This document shows positions 40,848 to 50,810 of a DNA stretch of 64,000 bases, piece by piece. Under the pieces are notes generated by a model. It was not told the DNA's origin, ran no database searches, and worked only from the letters and a program-made list of their open reading frames with translations. The stretch covers positions 1-64,000 of the forward strand of contig CAWJQU010000015.1 in NCBI GenBank assembly GCA_963845145.1. The letters run 5' to 3'. The stretch's first letter is position 1; every line of letters begins with the position of its first letter. Origin of the DNA: an uncultured delta proteobacterium. GTDB lineage: Bacteria > Desulfobacterota > Desulfobacteria > Desulfobacterales > QNYZ01. The translations under genes were made by a program, and so were the position numbers.

Positions 40848-41486
40848 CTACCCCTCATATATCACAGCCAGAATCGTGGCCTGGCCTTCTTTGGCCGCGA
40901 TCAGGTGGGGCGTTGTGGATGGATAATACGCGCTGTCGCCTGCCGTTAAATCATAATGATCGTCGGCAATATCCAATGACACGACACCGTCCATCACATA
41001 GATAAACTCCTCGCCTTCGTGGACGGACAACTCCCCTTCAAAATTTTCTTCCAATTGCACCATCAAGGCTTCCATGTGCCGTCCTTTGACGTCCGGGGCC
41101 AGGTCTTTATATAGATAGACTTGTTTTTGCCCGGTTTTGGAAGTGGAGCGGGAGACCACTTTGCGTTCGTCCTTGCGGGTAATCGAGTACAGCTTATCAC
41201 CTTTTCCTGAAACCAAATGGCCCAGAGCGCTATCGAGGACTTTGGAAAGCTTAATGACCGTTCCTAGCTGGGGCTGCACCTTGTTCGTTTCGATATTCGC
41301 TAAAAAATCCTCTTCAAAGCCGGTCAATTTTGCCAGCTGCGCCAGGGTCAATCCCTTGGCCGTCCGTAACCTGCTGACCCGCTCTCCAATCTCTTCAACC
41401 GATTTTTGTCCGGTATCAACGATATCCCCGGTCAAATCCTCAAAGTAATCGACATTGATATATGGCTTCGATGTTTTTTCACTCAT
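40848..41486 (-). CDS. XRE HTH plus cupin regulator
   Basis: LRTAKGLTLAQLA HTH; HEGEEFIYV...PH cupin. Confidence 0.92.
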   Translation of the reverse strand: MSEKTSKPYINVDYFEDLTGDIVDTGQKSVEEIGERVSRLRTAKGLTLAQLAKLTGFEEDFLANIETNKVQPQLGTVIKLSKVLDSALGHLVSGKGDKLYSITRKDERKVVSRSTSKTGQKQVYLYKDLAPDVKGRHMEALMVQLEENFEGELSVHEGEEFIYVMDGVVSLDIADDHYDLTAGDSAYYPSTTPHLIAAKEGQATILAVIYEG

Positions 41487-41536
41487 TTTATTCTCCTTGA
41501 ATTAGAAAAATTACCGGATATTATCATCACCCGGTG

Positions 41537-42688
41537 TTAAAGCGCCCCCAAATGCCTGGCGATGACAATACGTTGAACTTCCGAGGTTCCCTCTCCGATT
41601 TCCAGCAGTTTCTGATCGCGATAAAATCGTTCAACTCCATATTCCCGCATCAATCCATAGCCACCATGAATTTGAACGGCATGGTCGGCACACAGGTGCA
41701 TGGCTTCCGAACAATATAGTTTTGCAATAGCGGCCTCCTTGGAGAAGGATTTTTTGTTATCCCTGAGCCAGCAGGCTTTATACAAAAGCAGGCGGGCCGC
41801 GTCCACCTGCATGGCCATATCCGCCAGCTTGAAAGCGGTGGCCTGAAAGCGGGCAATGGGCCGCCCGAATTGCTCGCGTTCCTGGGAATATTTTAAGGTC
41901 ATATCGAGACAGCCCTGGGCTCCCCCGAGGCCCATGGCGCCAATGGAGAGACGACCACCGTCTAACGTCTGCATCATCTGCTGAAATCCATGCCCGCGCT
42001 GGCCCAACAAATTTTCTTTGGGTACCCGACAATCATCGAAATAGAGCTCACTGGTATTGGAACCGCGCCACATCATTTTGCCGTGCATCGGCTTCGCCAG
42101 GTATCCGGGATTTCCCGACTCCACCAGAATGCACGATAATTCCGGTTTGCCGTCATCCCGCGTGCCGGTCCGGCAAAGGACGGTAACCCCGGTGGTAATG
42201 TCGGTGGATGCATTGGTAATGAAGATCTTCGTTCCGTTAATCACCCATTCTTCGCCGTCTAAAACCGCTCTGGTTTGCGCATTCCCTGCATCGGAGCCGG
42301 CATTGGGTTCGGTCAGCCCAAAACCCCATAATGCCTCACCCTGGCAAAGGGGTGGCAGATATTTTCGTTTTTGTGCCTCGCTTCCAAAATAATAAAGGGG
42401 GCCGATTCCCAAAGAATTTTCAGCAGCTACGGTGGCGGCGTGGGAGCCGTCCACACGGGCAATCTCCTCGGTGGCGATGATGTAAGAGACATAATCCATG
42501 GCCTGCCCGCCGTATTCTTCGGAGACAAAAATCCCAAATAGCCCCATTTCAGCCATCTTAGCCATGGTTTCGTAAGAAAACGCCTCCGCTTTATCCAACT
42601 CGTCGGCCACTGGACGAATTTCGCTCTCGGCGAATTTTCTCACCGTATCCCGCAGTATTTCCTGATCCATGGTTAAACTAAAATCCAT
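41537..42688 (-). CDS. acyl-CoA dehydrogenase
   Basis: FGLTEPNAGSDA, NGTKIFITN, REQFG, QIHGGYG, IGEGTSE. Confidence 0.95.
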   Translation of the reverse strand: MDFSLTMDQEILRDTVRKFAESEIRPVADELDKAEAFSYETMAKMAEMGLFGIFVSEEYGGQAMDYVSYIIATEEIARVDGSHAATVAAENSLGIGPLYYFGSEAQKRKYLPPLCQGEALWGFGLTEPNAGSDAGNAQTRAVLDGEEWVINGTKIFITNASTDITTGVTVLCRTGTRDDGKPELSCILVESGNPGYLAKPMHGKMMWRGSNTSELYFDDCRVPKENLLGQRGHGFQQMMQTLDGGRLSIGAMGLGGAQGCLDMTLKYSQEREQFGRPIARFQATAFKLADMAMQVDAARLLLYKACWLRDNKKSFSKEAAIAKLYCSEAMHLCADHAVQIHGGYGLMREYGVERFYRDQKLLEIGEGTSEVQRIVIARHLGAL

Positions 42689-42749
42689 ACTTACTCCTTT
42701 CGGGTGACCCCGTTAGGCCTTTTTTGGCCATTAGATCTTTCCCTTTAGG

Positions 42750-42777
42750 TCCAGGATAGTAGATCCAGGATAGTAGA
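42750..42777. repeat. exact 14-bp tandem duplication in a divergent intergenic region
   Basis: TCCAGGATAGTAGA x2. Confidence 0.8.
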
Positions 42778-42977
42778 TCAAGGGTTGGAAAATGCGCCGA
42801 ATTGTCTGATGATTCGGTATTCTACAAATCGACACGATCAAGGTCAACACCAAAAAAACAGCCCTATCCGGGAAATCAACAGGTGATTGGGTAAATCAAA
42901 CGGGTAGAAATATTCCGGATCGATGGTTATAGTATCGTCTATCAAAAATATGTGGATACTAAAATCATAAAGGACTT

Positions 42978-45900
42978 GTGATTATGAAAACCGTTCGAAC
43001 ATATCCGTTGATCTCTATTCTATTTCTCTCTTTGCTTTTGAGCGCAAATGTTATCGCAAATACGACGGAACCACCGATCAATATCGATGTCAAGGAATTT
43101 ACCCTCGACAACGGTATGCTATTTCTGGTTGTTGAGCGCCCTGCAACGCCTCAGGTTTCCTGCCGATTGGCTATTCGAGCGGGTTCTGCCCTGGAATCCA
43201 CGGGCCGGACCGGCACCGCACATATGCTCGAGCACATGCTTTTCAAAGGTACCAAAAATTTCGGAACGCTGGATCGACAAAAGGACGCTCAACTTCAAGC
43301 GGACATAGAAGCGGCCTACCAGGCCATTGCCCAGGAACAACGAAAGCGACGGCCCGATCAAACACGGATTCAAGCAAAAATGGAAGAGATGGCCCAACTG
43401 CGCACCCAGGTTCAACAGATCTACGTCCCCCAGGCATTCTCCTCCCAGTTGGGTAAAAACGGTGCCGTGGGTGTAAACGCTTTTACCACCAAGGACCAGA
43501 CGCAATATATCACCTCCGTGCCTTCGGATATGATTGAGCAGTGGTTTTCCATTGCCAGCGAACAGATCTTCGAACCGGCCTGGCGGGAATTCTACGTTGA
43601 AAAAGATGTGGTCCAGCGCGAATGGGCGTTCCGTTATATTAACAATCCCGGCGGGGCGGCCTGGCTTGATTTGTCTTCCCTGGCGTACACCGCCCACCCG
43701 TATCGAAACCCGGTTATCGGTTGGAAGGCCGATATGGAAAATTTCAACACGCTTGCAGCCCGCACGTTTCACCAACAGTTTTATCATCCGGCTAACGCCG
43801 TTGTGGTTTTAGTGGGCGATATCACTGTGGAAAAAGCGCGTCAGCTCGCTAAAGTCTATTTCTCCCGCTATGCACCGGGCGAGCCCGCACCGGAGTCTGT
43901 TACGACCGAACCGGCCCAGCAAGGTCCCCGTGAGCAGATCCGCTATTTGAAAGGTGCACGGACACCCCTCATTCGAATCGGGTTTCACGGCGCACGTATG
44001 GGCACCAGCGATTTTTTTGCGTTGGATGCGTTGACGATGATTCTAAGCCATGGCCGAAGCGCACGCTTTACCCGTGAAGTGGTCGACAAAGGGTTGGCCG
44101 CCCAGGCCTGGGCCTATAACCCAGACAATCGGTACGGCGGCATGGTTATATTCGGAGGCTCTCCCGTAGAACAACCGGGTACGGCAACAGAAAATGCATC
44201 CGACCAGGCGAAACGCCAAAATTACCTGGACGCCTGTCGCCGGGTCGAAAAATTGTTATTGGATCAAGCCGAACGGCTCAAAACCGAACAGGTGTCATCA
44301 CGAGATCTGGCAAGAATTATCAAGCTTAATCGCCGCGATTTTATCGACCGGTTGCGGGGCAATGAGGCGCTGGCCGGTACATTGGCCACCCTGGAGGTCC
44401 AAAGTGGCTGGCGATATTTAACCGAGTATCTGGAACAAATGGAGAAAGTAACCCCGGAGATGATTCAAAAAGTCGCACAAAAATACCTCCGCGTCGAGAA
44501 CCGGACCACGGTTTTTGTCATTCCCGGCGGGACGCCTGATCAACCACCCGAGCCCTATGCCGAAAACCGCTCCGTCAGTGGGACTTCTGCGGCAACCTTA
44601 TCGCCCCCGACAGATTTCAACAACCATTCCGATTATGCGACTCCCGAAAAATGGCGGCATCCATTGTCCTTTCAACGCCAGCCTGCAAAAGTCGCCTATC
44701 CGCCGGCCGATACCGCCACAATCGAGGGGGCCCGCGTTTTTTACCTGCCCGATCGACAGCTCCCCGTTATCGAGTTAAAGGTGTTTGTAAAAGCCGGTGA
44801 AATAGATGTTCCCGAATCGCAAACAGGCTTGGCCGACCTTTTTGGCGCAACGATTATTCGAGGGGGTACACATAAGCTGACCCCGGACCAATTGGCGGTC
44901 ACACTCGATGAGAACGCCATTGACCTATCGGTGAGTGTGAATGAAGAGTCTTCGACGATTCACTTGTCGGTTTTAAAAGACGATTGGGAAAAGGGTTTGT
45001 CTTTATTAACATCCGTGTTGACCGAGCCGCGATTTGATCCTGCGGTGATTGCCACAACCCAAAAAAGGATGCTAACGGCTTTAAAACGCCAGGGGGGTAG
45101 TGCTGAAAACGTTGTTCAACGAGAATGGTTTATCTGGCATTTTAAGGGTCATCCTTACGGTCGGGACCCGCTCATGGGCCTTCAAACCATTCCAACCCTT
45201 ACGACAACCGATTTGACGCACTTCTTGAAACGATTTTTTGTACCGGCCAATATGGTGATCGCCGTCTCCGGTGACATCTCCAAAGAGAAGGCGCACCAGG
45301 GGATAACCCGCCTATTGGCATCCTTGCCGGATGAACCGGCGTTTCAGCGGGCCGTGACGCCGCCAAAAGATACGCCGCCGGTCCTGGCTTTGATCCACAA
45401 ACCCGGCCAGGTGCAATCCCAGGTCATGCTGGGTATGACGGGAATTCAACGCACCCATCCCGACTTCTGGAAACTACGCCTACTTACCGACATTTTGGGG
45501 GGGAAAGATTCGCTCATGTATAAACGGTTGCGCGATGACCTGGGTCTGGTTTATTCGGCCGGGTTTTTTCAGACTTATCGATGGCAGGCAGGCATGCTCA
45601 TGGGCTACATCGGCTGCAGGGGGGATAAGACCGACCAGGCCATAACCGAAACCATTCGCCTTATCAACACCCTTACCTCGGACGTCCCAACATCTGATTT
45701 CACACTAAAACGATTGGATGCCCTAAACAGTTTCGTGTTTAATGTGGACTCACCGGATGCGTTGGTTTCGACCTATGCCCGCTATTTCATGCGCGACGAG
45801 CCGATGGACACTCTGGAAAGAATTCAGGAACAGTTTATTAGCGCAAAACAAGAAGAACTGGTTCGATTGGCCGGAGACCACTTCGATACCAGCCGGCTCC

Positions 45901-46031
45901 AGATAGTGGTGGTGGGCGATAAAACGACCCCGGTCAGACAGGCAGATGGGACCCAGACCACGCTTGAAGGGTCGCTAAAACATCTGGCGCAACAGACGGG
46001 GCTGCCATACAAGGAGTTGGCCCTTCGTTAA
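42978..46031 (+). CDS. exported M16 (pitrilysin/PqqL-like) zinc peptidase
   Basis: Signal peptide, HMLEH inverted zinc motif, NAFTT, two M16 halves. Confidence 0.93.
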   Translation: MIMKTVRTYPLISILFLSLLLSANVIANTTEPPINIDVKEFTLDNGMLFLVVERPATPQVSCRLAIRAGSALESTGRTGTAHMLEHMLFKGTKNFGTLDRQKDAQLQADIEAAYQAIAQEQRKRRPDQTRIQAKMEEMAQLRTQVQQIYVPQAFSSQLGKNGAVGVNAFTTKDQTQYITSVPSDMIEQWFSIASEQIFEPAWREFYVEKDVVQREWAFRYINNPGGAAWLDLSSLAYTAHPYRNPVIGWKADMENFNTLAARTFHQQFYHPANAVVVLVGDITVEKARQLAKVYFSRYAPGEPAPESVTTEPAQQGPREQIRYLKGARTPLIRIGFHGARMGTSDFFALDALTMILSHGRSARFTREVVDKGLAAQAWAYNPDNRYGGMVIFGGSPVEQPGTATENASDQAKRQNYLDACRRVEKLLLDQAERLKTEQVSSRDLARIIKLNRRDFIDRLRGNEALAGTLATLEVQSGWRYLTEYLEQMEKVTPEMIQKVAQKYLRVENRTTVFVIPGGTPDQPPEPYAENRSVSGTSAATLSPPTDFNNHSDYATPEKWRHPLSFQRQPAKVAYPPADTATIEGARVFYLPDRQLPVIELKVFVKAGEIDVPESQTGLADLFGATIIRGGTHKLTPDQLAVTLDENAIDLSVSVNEESSTIHLSVLKDDWEKGLSLLTSVLTEPRFDPAVIATTQKRMLTALKRQGGSAENVVQREWFIWHFKGHPYGRDPLMGLQTIPTLTTTDLTHFLKRFFVPANMVIAVSGDISKEKAHQGITRLLASLPDEPAFQRAVTPPKDTPPVLALIHKPGQVQSQVMLGMTGIQRTHPDFWKLRLLTDILGGKDSLMYKRLRDDLGLVYSAGFFQTYRWQAGMLMGYIGCRGDKTDQAITETIRLINTLTSDVPTSDFTLKRLDALNSFVFNVDSPDALVSTYARYFMRDEPMDTLERIQEQFISAKQEELVRLAGDHFDTSRLQIVVVGDKTTPVRQADGTQTTLEGSLKHLAQQTGLPYKELALR

Positions 46032-46059
46032 ACGGACAAGGCTCTAAAGGCTCTATCGG

Positions 46060-47310
46060 TTACTCGTGTCGTAAAGCGGCCACCGGGTCCATACGTGCCG
46101 CTTGAACCGCAGGATAAAGCCCAAAGAACAACCCGGCCAGCACCGACATCACAAGCGGTGCGGTGATGGCCCAAGGGGTAATCAGGGTATGCCATCCGGA
46201 AAGATGGGCGATCATCGCCACGGCCCCGATTCCAGCGACGATACCGATCAATCCGCCGGTAAAGGTCAATATCACCGCCTCCACCAGGAATTGAACCACG
46301 ATATCGTAGCGATTGGCCCCCACCGCCCGGCGGATCCCGATCTCACGTGTCCGCTCGGTGACGGTTGCCAGCATGATATTCATAATACCGATACCACCCA
46401 CCAGCAGAGAGACGCCGGCAATGGCTCCCAGAACCATGTTAAAGGTACGCTGGGTCTTCTGTGCCTGTTGCAACAACTCACGGGGAATGACCATCTGGTA
46501 GTCTTTGACATTGTTATGCGTCACCTGGACGATTCGCTCAACGACATTTGCCGTATTAAGCACCTGGTCCATATGGTGAACTTGTATAATGATCTCGGAC
46601 AATCCCCGTTCTTCGTCCATCGTTTCACGGTTTCCCGGCCGAATCAAACTCGATTCCGTACCCAGAGGGATAAAAATCATCTCATTGTAATTACGCACCG
46701 CAATGGCTTTCACCTTGGGATCTTTCCGGTGAAATCGGCCCAAAATTCCGATAATTCGGAATAAATGATTTTCGATTCTTACATATTGGCCCAGTTTCCC
46801 GCGCACACCCAGGCCGGCGGCAACAGCGCTTCCCAACACACAGACCATGTGTTTTTGTTGAACATCCATAGGACCGATGAAACGTCCCTGGAAGAGTTCC
46901 AAATTTTGAATGCTACCATAAGCGGCTGCAATCGCCACCGTTTGGGGGGAGACCTCGCCGCGAATATCCGGAATGGTTGCAGAGATCTCCTTTAGCGCGG
47001 CCACACGCTCTACGCCGGGAACGCCGTTTTGAATCTGAGTAATATCCCGCAACGTTAATCCAGCGGAAAGGCCTGCACGTGCCTTTCGTTGCTGATCCGG
47101 GGTGAGACGCACCGCCTTGAGATAGATATTTCGCGTACCCAATTGTTCAATCTGCCCCACGAGTTCCTGCTTGGCCCCTTCTCCAATGGAAATCATGGAT
47201 AAGACGGCCATGACGCCACATACGATTCCAAGGACACTTAACAATGACCTTAACTTATGCTGGCGCAAGGAGCGAATGGCCGTGCGGCCCGTTTTTATCC
47301 ATTTACCCAT
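46060..47310 (-). CDS. MacB/FtsX-like ABC permease
   Basis: LRSLLSVLGI, SLLVGGIGIMNIML, ERTREIGIRRAVGA, YPA..AA.MDPV.ALR. Confidence 0.95.
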   Translation of the reverse strand: MGKWIKTGRTAIRSLRQHKLRSLLSVLGIVCGVMAVLSMISIGEGAKQELVGQIEQLGTRNIYLKAVRLTPDQQRKARAGLSAGLTLRDITQIQNGVPGVERVAALKEISATIPDIRGEVSPQTVAIAAAYGSIQNLELFQGRFIGPMDVQQKHMVCVLGSAVAAGLGVRGKLGQYVRIENHLFRIIGILGRFHRKDPKVKAIAVRNYNEMIFIPLGTESSLIRPGNRETMDEERGLSEIIIQVHHMDQVLNTANVVERIVQVTHNNVKDYQMVIPRELLQQAQKTQRTFNMVLGAIAGVSLLVGGIGIMNIMLATVTERTREIGIRRAVGANRYDIVVQFLVEAVILTFTGGLIGIVAGIGAVAMIAHLSGWHTLITPWAITAPLVMSVLAGLFFGLYPAVQAARMDPVAALRHE

Positions 47311-48011
47311 TAAATAATTTTTCCATCGATCATACGAATGCGCCTTTGGGCTTGTTTGGCCACATTCGGATCGTGTGTCACCATCACAATGGTGGCGCCT
47401 TGCTGATGGAGTTGTTTGAAAAGTGAAAGGATTTCAGCTCCCGTATCCGTATCCAGATTTCCGGTGGGCTCATCGGCCAGGATCAACTTCGGCCGAATGG
47501 ATATCGCCCGGGCGATGGCCACCCGTTGCATCTCGCCTCCGGAGAGTTGGGCCGGTTTATGGCTAAGCCTTTCACCAAGGCCAACCTGCTGAACCGCTTC
47601 TGTAATTCGTTGATGTGCCGCAGCGGTATTCATGGAATTGTATATAAAGGGCAATGCAACATTTTCATAAATATTGAGTGTGGAGACCAAGTTGAAGGTC
47701 TGAAACACAAAACCGATTTTCGTTGCCCGAAGGTGGGATAATTCACGGTCTGTGGCATGTAACATATCGTTGCCGTCAAACCGATAGTCGCCTTCGGAAG
47801 GGTGATCCAGGCATCCTAAGATGTGAAGCAAGGTGGATTTACCGGACCCGGATGGGCCCATGACCGTAACAAACTCGCCGGCCTGAACTGAAAAGTTAAT
47901 ATGGTTTAAAATCGACAGGCGTTTTTTACCGACGGTGTATGCTTTGCTGATATCGACCGCATGAACCAAACAAGGGGTTTTCGTTTCAACGAGTTGGGAA
48001 GTCGCAGCCAC
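47310..48011 (-). CDS. ABC ATPase (MacB/LolD-like)
   Basis: [26 protein letters not shown]. Confidence 0.95.
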   Translation of the reverse strand: MAATSQLVETKTPCLVHAVDISKAYTVGKKRLSILNHINFSVQAGEFVTVMGPSGSGKSTLLHILGCLDHPSEGDYRFDGNDMLHATDRELSHLRATKIGFVFQTFNLVSTLNIYENVALPFIYNSMNTAAAHQRITEAVQQVGLGERLSHKPAQLSGGEMQRVAIARAISIRPKLILADEPTGNLDTDTGAEILSLFKQLHQQGATIVMVTHDPNVAKQAQRRIRMIDGKII

Positions 48012-48018
48012 AGATGGC

Positions 48019-49473
48019 TTAGTTTACCATTTCGGGGGCGGGTTTTACCAGGCTAACCCGATCACCCGCTTCGAGTCCGGATAGAATCTGAGCAAAATCC
48101 TCATTCTGATTCCCAATGGTAATCTTCCGTTTTTTAAACTGGCGCCCCTCGAAAAGGTAGCAATAATTATGCTTAATTTCAGGAAATATCGCCTGAACCG
48201 GGATAGACAGCGTATTTCTGAGCTGATCACTTAAAATTGTGGAGCGGGCGGTCATGCCGGGGCGGAGTCTTGAGTCTTGACCTTCTACCGCAATCGTGGT
48301 CTGAAAATACTTCTCCCCCATGCCACCTTCATATCCGGTGGTTGCCAATACGCCAACCAATGCGACTTTTCCTTTAAAAATGACCTCGGGGTAGGCGTCC
48401 ACAGAAATAAGGCAATCCTGATCAAGGGTTAACTTATGCAGATCGATTTCCCTGACCTTTGTCTTAACGACCATGGAAGTAATATCAGGAAGATACAATA
48501 GGGGCTGGTTCTGCCAGATTTTGTCACCCACCCGCGGTTTTCTTTTTTGACCGTTCCGAAATGCTTCAAATAAAATCGCGATGCCCTGAAACGGGGCCTT
48601 GATGACGGCATCTTCCAATTCTTTTTCAGCGCGTACCAGCCCGGTCTCGATTACCGCCAACTTACTTTTCGATTTGTTTAGCGCAGCTGCCGCTTTGGCA
48701 ATTTTATAAACACTTCCGGTTTTTGTCTGCTCTAGCTCCATGAGGGCTTTCTCGATCTTGGCCTGGGAGGCCTCAATGAGTGAGGGCAGTACATGTTCTT
48801 TATAGCTGATATATTTGCTTTCGGCGCTAGCCTGTTTCTCTTTTAGTTCGGATAGCTTCTTTCTTGCCAGGGTCAATTCGGTCGGGTTGCTTAAACCGCC
48901 GGCATTCAGCTTTTCAAGGTCACCGATGTAAGCAACATACTTTTCCTGTTCCTGTCGGGCCTTCTCCATATCCGTTTGATACTGAGTGAGCTGGATGGGC
49001 CCATCACCCTTAATCAACCTATCATGGTCGAGCTTGGCGACCTTAACATTGTATTCAGCGGTCTTGATCTCTCTTTCGACCTGATTTTTCTCCCATTTTA
49101 GAATCTGCTCTTCCGCCTCACCGGCCGCTTCCAGATTTCGAACCTCATCGTTCAGGCGAAGAATGGCTTCATCAAAAGGCGTCGGATCAAGCCTAACCAG
49201 AACATCACCTTTTTTAACATGGCTACCATCATCAATCAGATAGATAATTTTACCCTTATCACCACGTACGGAGGATGAAACCATGTGTGACCGTGCCGCA
49301 TCCAACACGCCAACGGTGCGGACCTCAATATCAAAATCTCTGGCCGTAGCCATGGCCAGCTGTTGCTCGTCCTGATCCCCATTTCCAGCCCTGTTTAACT
49401 TTGCCCCCAGAAGCCCGAGGACAACCAGGCAAAAAATGAGAATGATCAGCTTTGTGATGCTATTGAATTTCAA
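48019..49473 (-). CDS. MacA-like periplasmic adaptor
   Basis: N-terminal TM, VKKGDVLVRLD, long coiled coil, IKAP, LRPGMTA, GLEAGDRV. Confidence 0.92.
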   Translation of the reverse strand: MKFNSITKLIILIFCLVVLGLLGAKLNRAGNGDQDEQQLAMATARDFDIEVRTVGVLDAARSHMVSSSVRGDKGKIIYLIDDGSHVKKGDVLVRLDPTPFDEAILRLNDEVRNLEAAGEAEEQILKWEKNQVEREIKTAEYNVKVAKLDHDRLIKGDGPIQLTQYQTDMEKARQEQEKYVAYIGDLEKLNAGGLSNPTELTLARKKLSELKEKQASAESKYISYKEHVLPSLIEASQAKIEKALMELEQTKTGSVYKIAKAAAALNKSKSKLAVIETGLVRAEKELEDAVIKAPFQGIAILFEAFRNGQKRKPRVGDKIWQNQPLLYLPDITSMVVKTKVREIDLHKLTLDQDCLISVDAYPEVIFKGKVALVGVLATTGYEGGMGEKYFQTTIAVEGQDSRLRPGMTARSTILSDQLRNTLSIPVQAIFPEIKHNYCYLFEGRQFKKRKITIGNQNEDFAQILSGLEAGDRVSLVKPAPEMVN

Positions 49474-49553
49474 AGGTGTAGACCTTTTGTATCCTTAACG
49501 ATAGATTAAAATCATTGTATATACAGTCGTCATATTTTTTACCGACATTATTT

Positions 49554-50759
49554 CTATAAACACCACCAGGGAACTTCGCTAACCATTGATCTTTTCCCAT
49601 ATATTTCATTGCCCCTATAAATGATAAACCCCTTTTTTGAAATGTTTCCCTCTAACTTCATCCAGGATAACAGGTTAGACTTCATACCGGGGCTGACCGT
49701 TTTAGACGCTTTTATTTCAATGGGTAAAAGGCCCGAATTCATTTCCAAGAGCAGATCAATTTCGTTACCGGTTTTATCTCTCCAGAAATAAAAGGGCGAT
49801 TTTTCTCCAGTGTGATTAACTCTTTTATAAAGCTCACTGATTACAAATGTTTCAAAAATACTTCCCCATAGCGGGTGGCCGATTAGCTCCTTTGGTTTTC
49901 TAATAGATAAAAGGAACGAAAGAATACCTGTATCGGTAAAGTATAGTTTTGGCGTTTTCACGATCCTTTTTTTGAAATTTCGATAGTAGGGAGCAAGTAA
50001 AAAAAGAATCCCACTTGTTTCAAGAAGGGATATCCACTTCTTGGCTGTAGGCTGTGACACACCAATTGCATTTGATATTGTCGTATAATTAATGAGTTGA
50101 CCTGACATGGATGCGCAAATTTTTAAAAAATCTTCAAATAGCTTCAAGTTTTCTACATTTACTAAGCTACGGATATCTCTTTCGACATACGTAAGGATAT
50201 AATTCTCGATCCATTTGCGTGCATCCAAATTTTTATCATGAATTCTAGGATACATGCCGGTGAAAATCGTTTGGTAGATATCAATTTCGCGGCCATTTTC
50301 AATATATCCCGGCTTTATCGTGAATATGGATTCAATATCTTTTTCCGGCATTGCCTCATGAAGCTCATTCATCGAAAATGGGAATAACTGAAAAGTAATA
50401 ATCCGCCCCGCCAGCGACTGAGATATTTTTTCCATGAGGAGGAATTGTTGAGAACCGGTGAGAACATAAGTGGCTGCGGATTCATCGCTGTCTACCCTTT
50501 CCTGAAGATATGGAAAAAGGGAAGGAACTCTTTGAATTTCGTCCAGGACAAGGTTTTTACCATAATCATCAAGAAACCCGCGTGGATCATCCTGAGCCAT
50601 ATGGCGAAGGTCAAGATTTTCCATTGACAGATATGTATGACCTGGGAACATATATCTGGCCAAAGTGGTTTTCCCGCTCTGCCTCGGTCCAACAATGGCA
50701 ACGACCGGATATTCCTTGGAATATTTTCCAATTGCATGTTCAAGGTTTCTTCGGATCAT
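49554..50759 (-). CDS. AAA ATPase with C-terminal nuclease-like domain (AAA_14/DUF4143 type)
   Basis: GPRQSGKTT, LDEIQ, LTGS, KTPKLYFTDTG, FWRD...EIDL...IEIK. Confidence 0.9.
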   Translation of the reverse strand: MIRRNLEHAIGKYSKEYPVVAIVGPRQSGKTTLARYMFPGHTYLSMENLDLRHMAQDDPRGFLDDYGKNLVLDEIQRVPSLFPYLQERVDSDESAATYVLTGSQQFLLMEKISQSLAGRIITFQLFPFSMNELHEAMPEKDIESIFTIKPGYIENGREIDIYQTIFTGMYPRIHDKNLDARKWIENYILTYVERDIRSLVNVENLKLFEDFLKICASMSGQLINYTTISNAIGVSQPTAKKWISLLETSGILFLLAPYYRNFKKRIVKTPKLYFTDTGILSFLLSIRKPKELIGHPLWGSIFETFVISELYKRVNHTGEKSPFYFWRDKTGNEIDLLLEMNSGLLPIEIKASKTVSPGMKSNLLSWMKLEGNISKKGFIIYRGNEIYGKRSMVSEVPWWCL

Positions 50760-50810
50760 TGTCCAAATCTAAAGTTTAATTTTTGTTTTGTCAACATAAA
50801 TGGTGGATTT

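Noticed and set aside
42978..46031. M16 peptidase as part of the CsgG/Mac system
   Set aside because: Convergent orientation and a common stand-alone family; adjacency is the only link.
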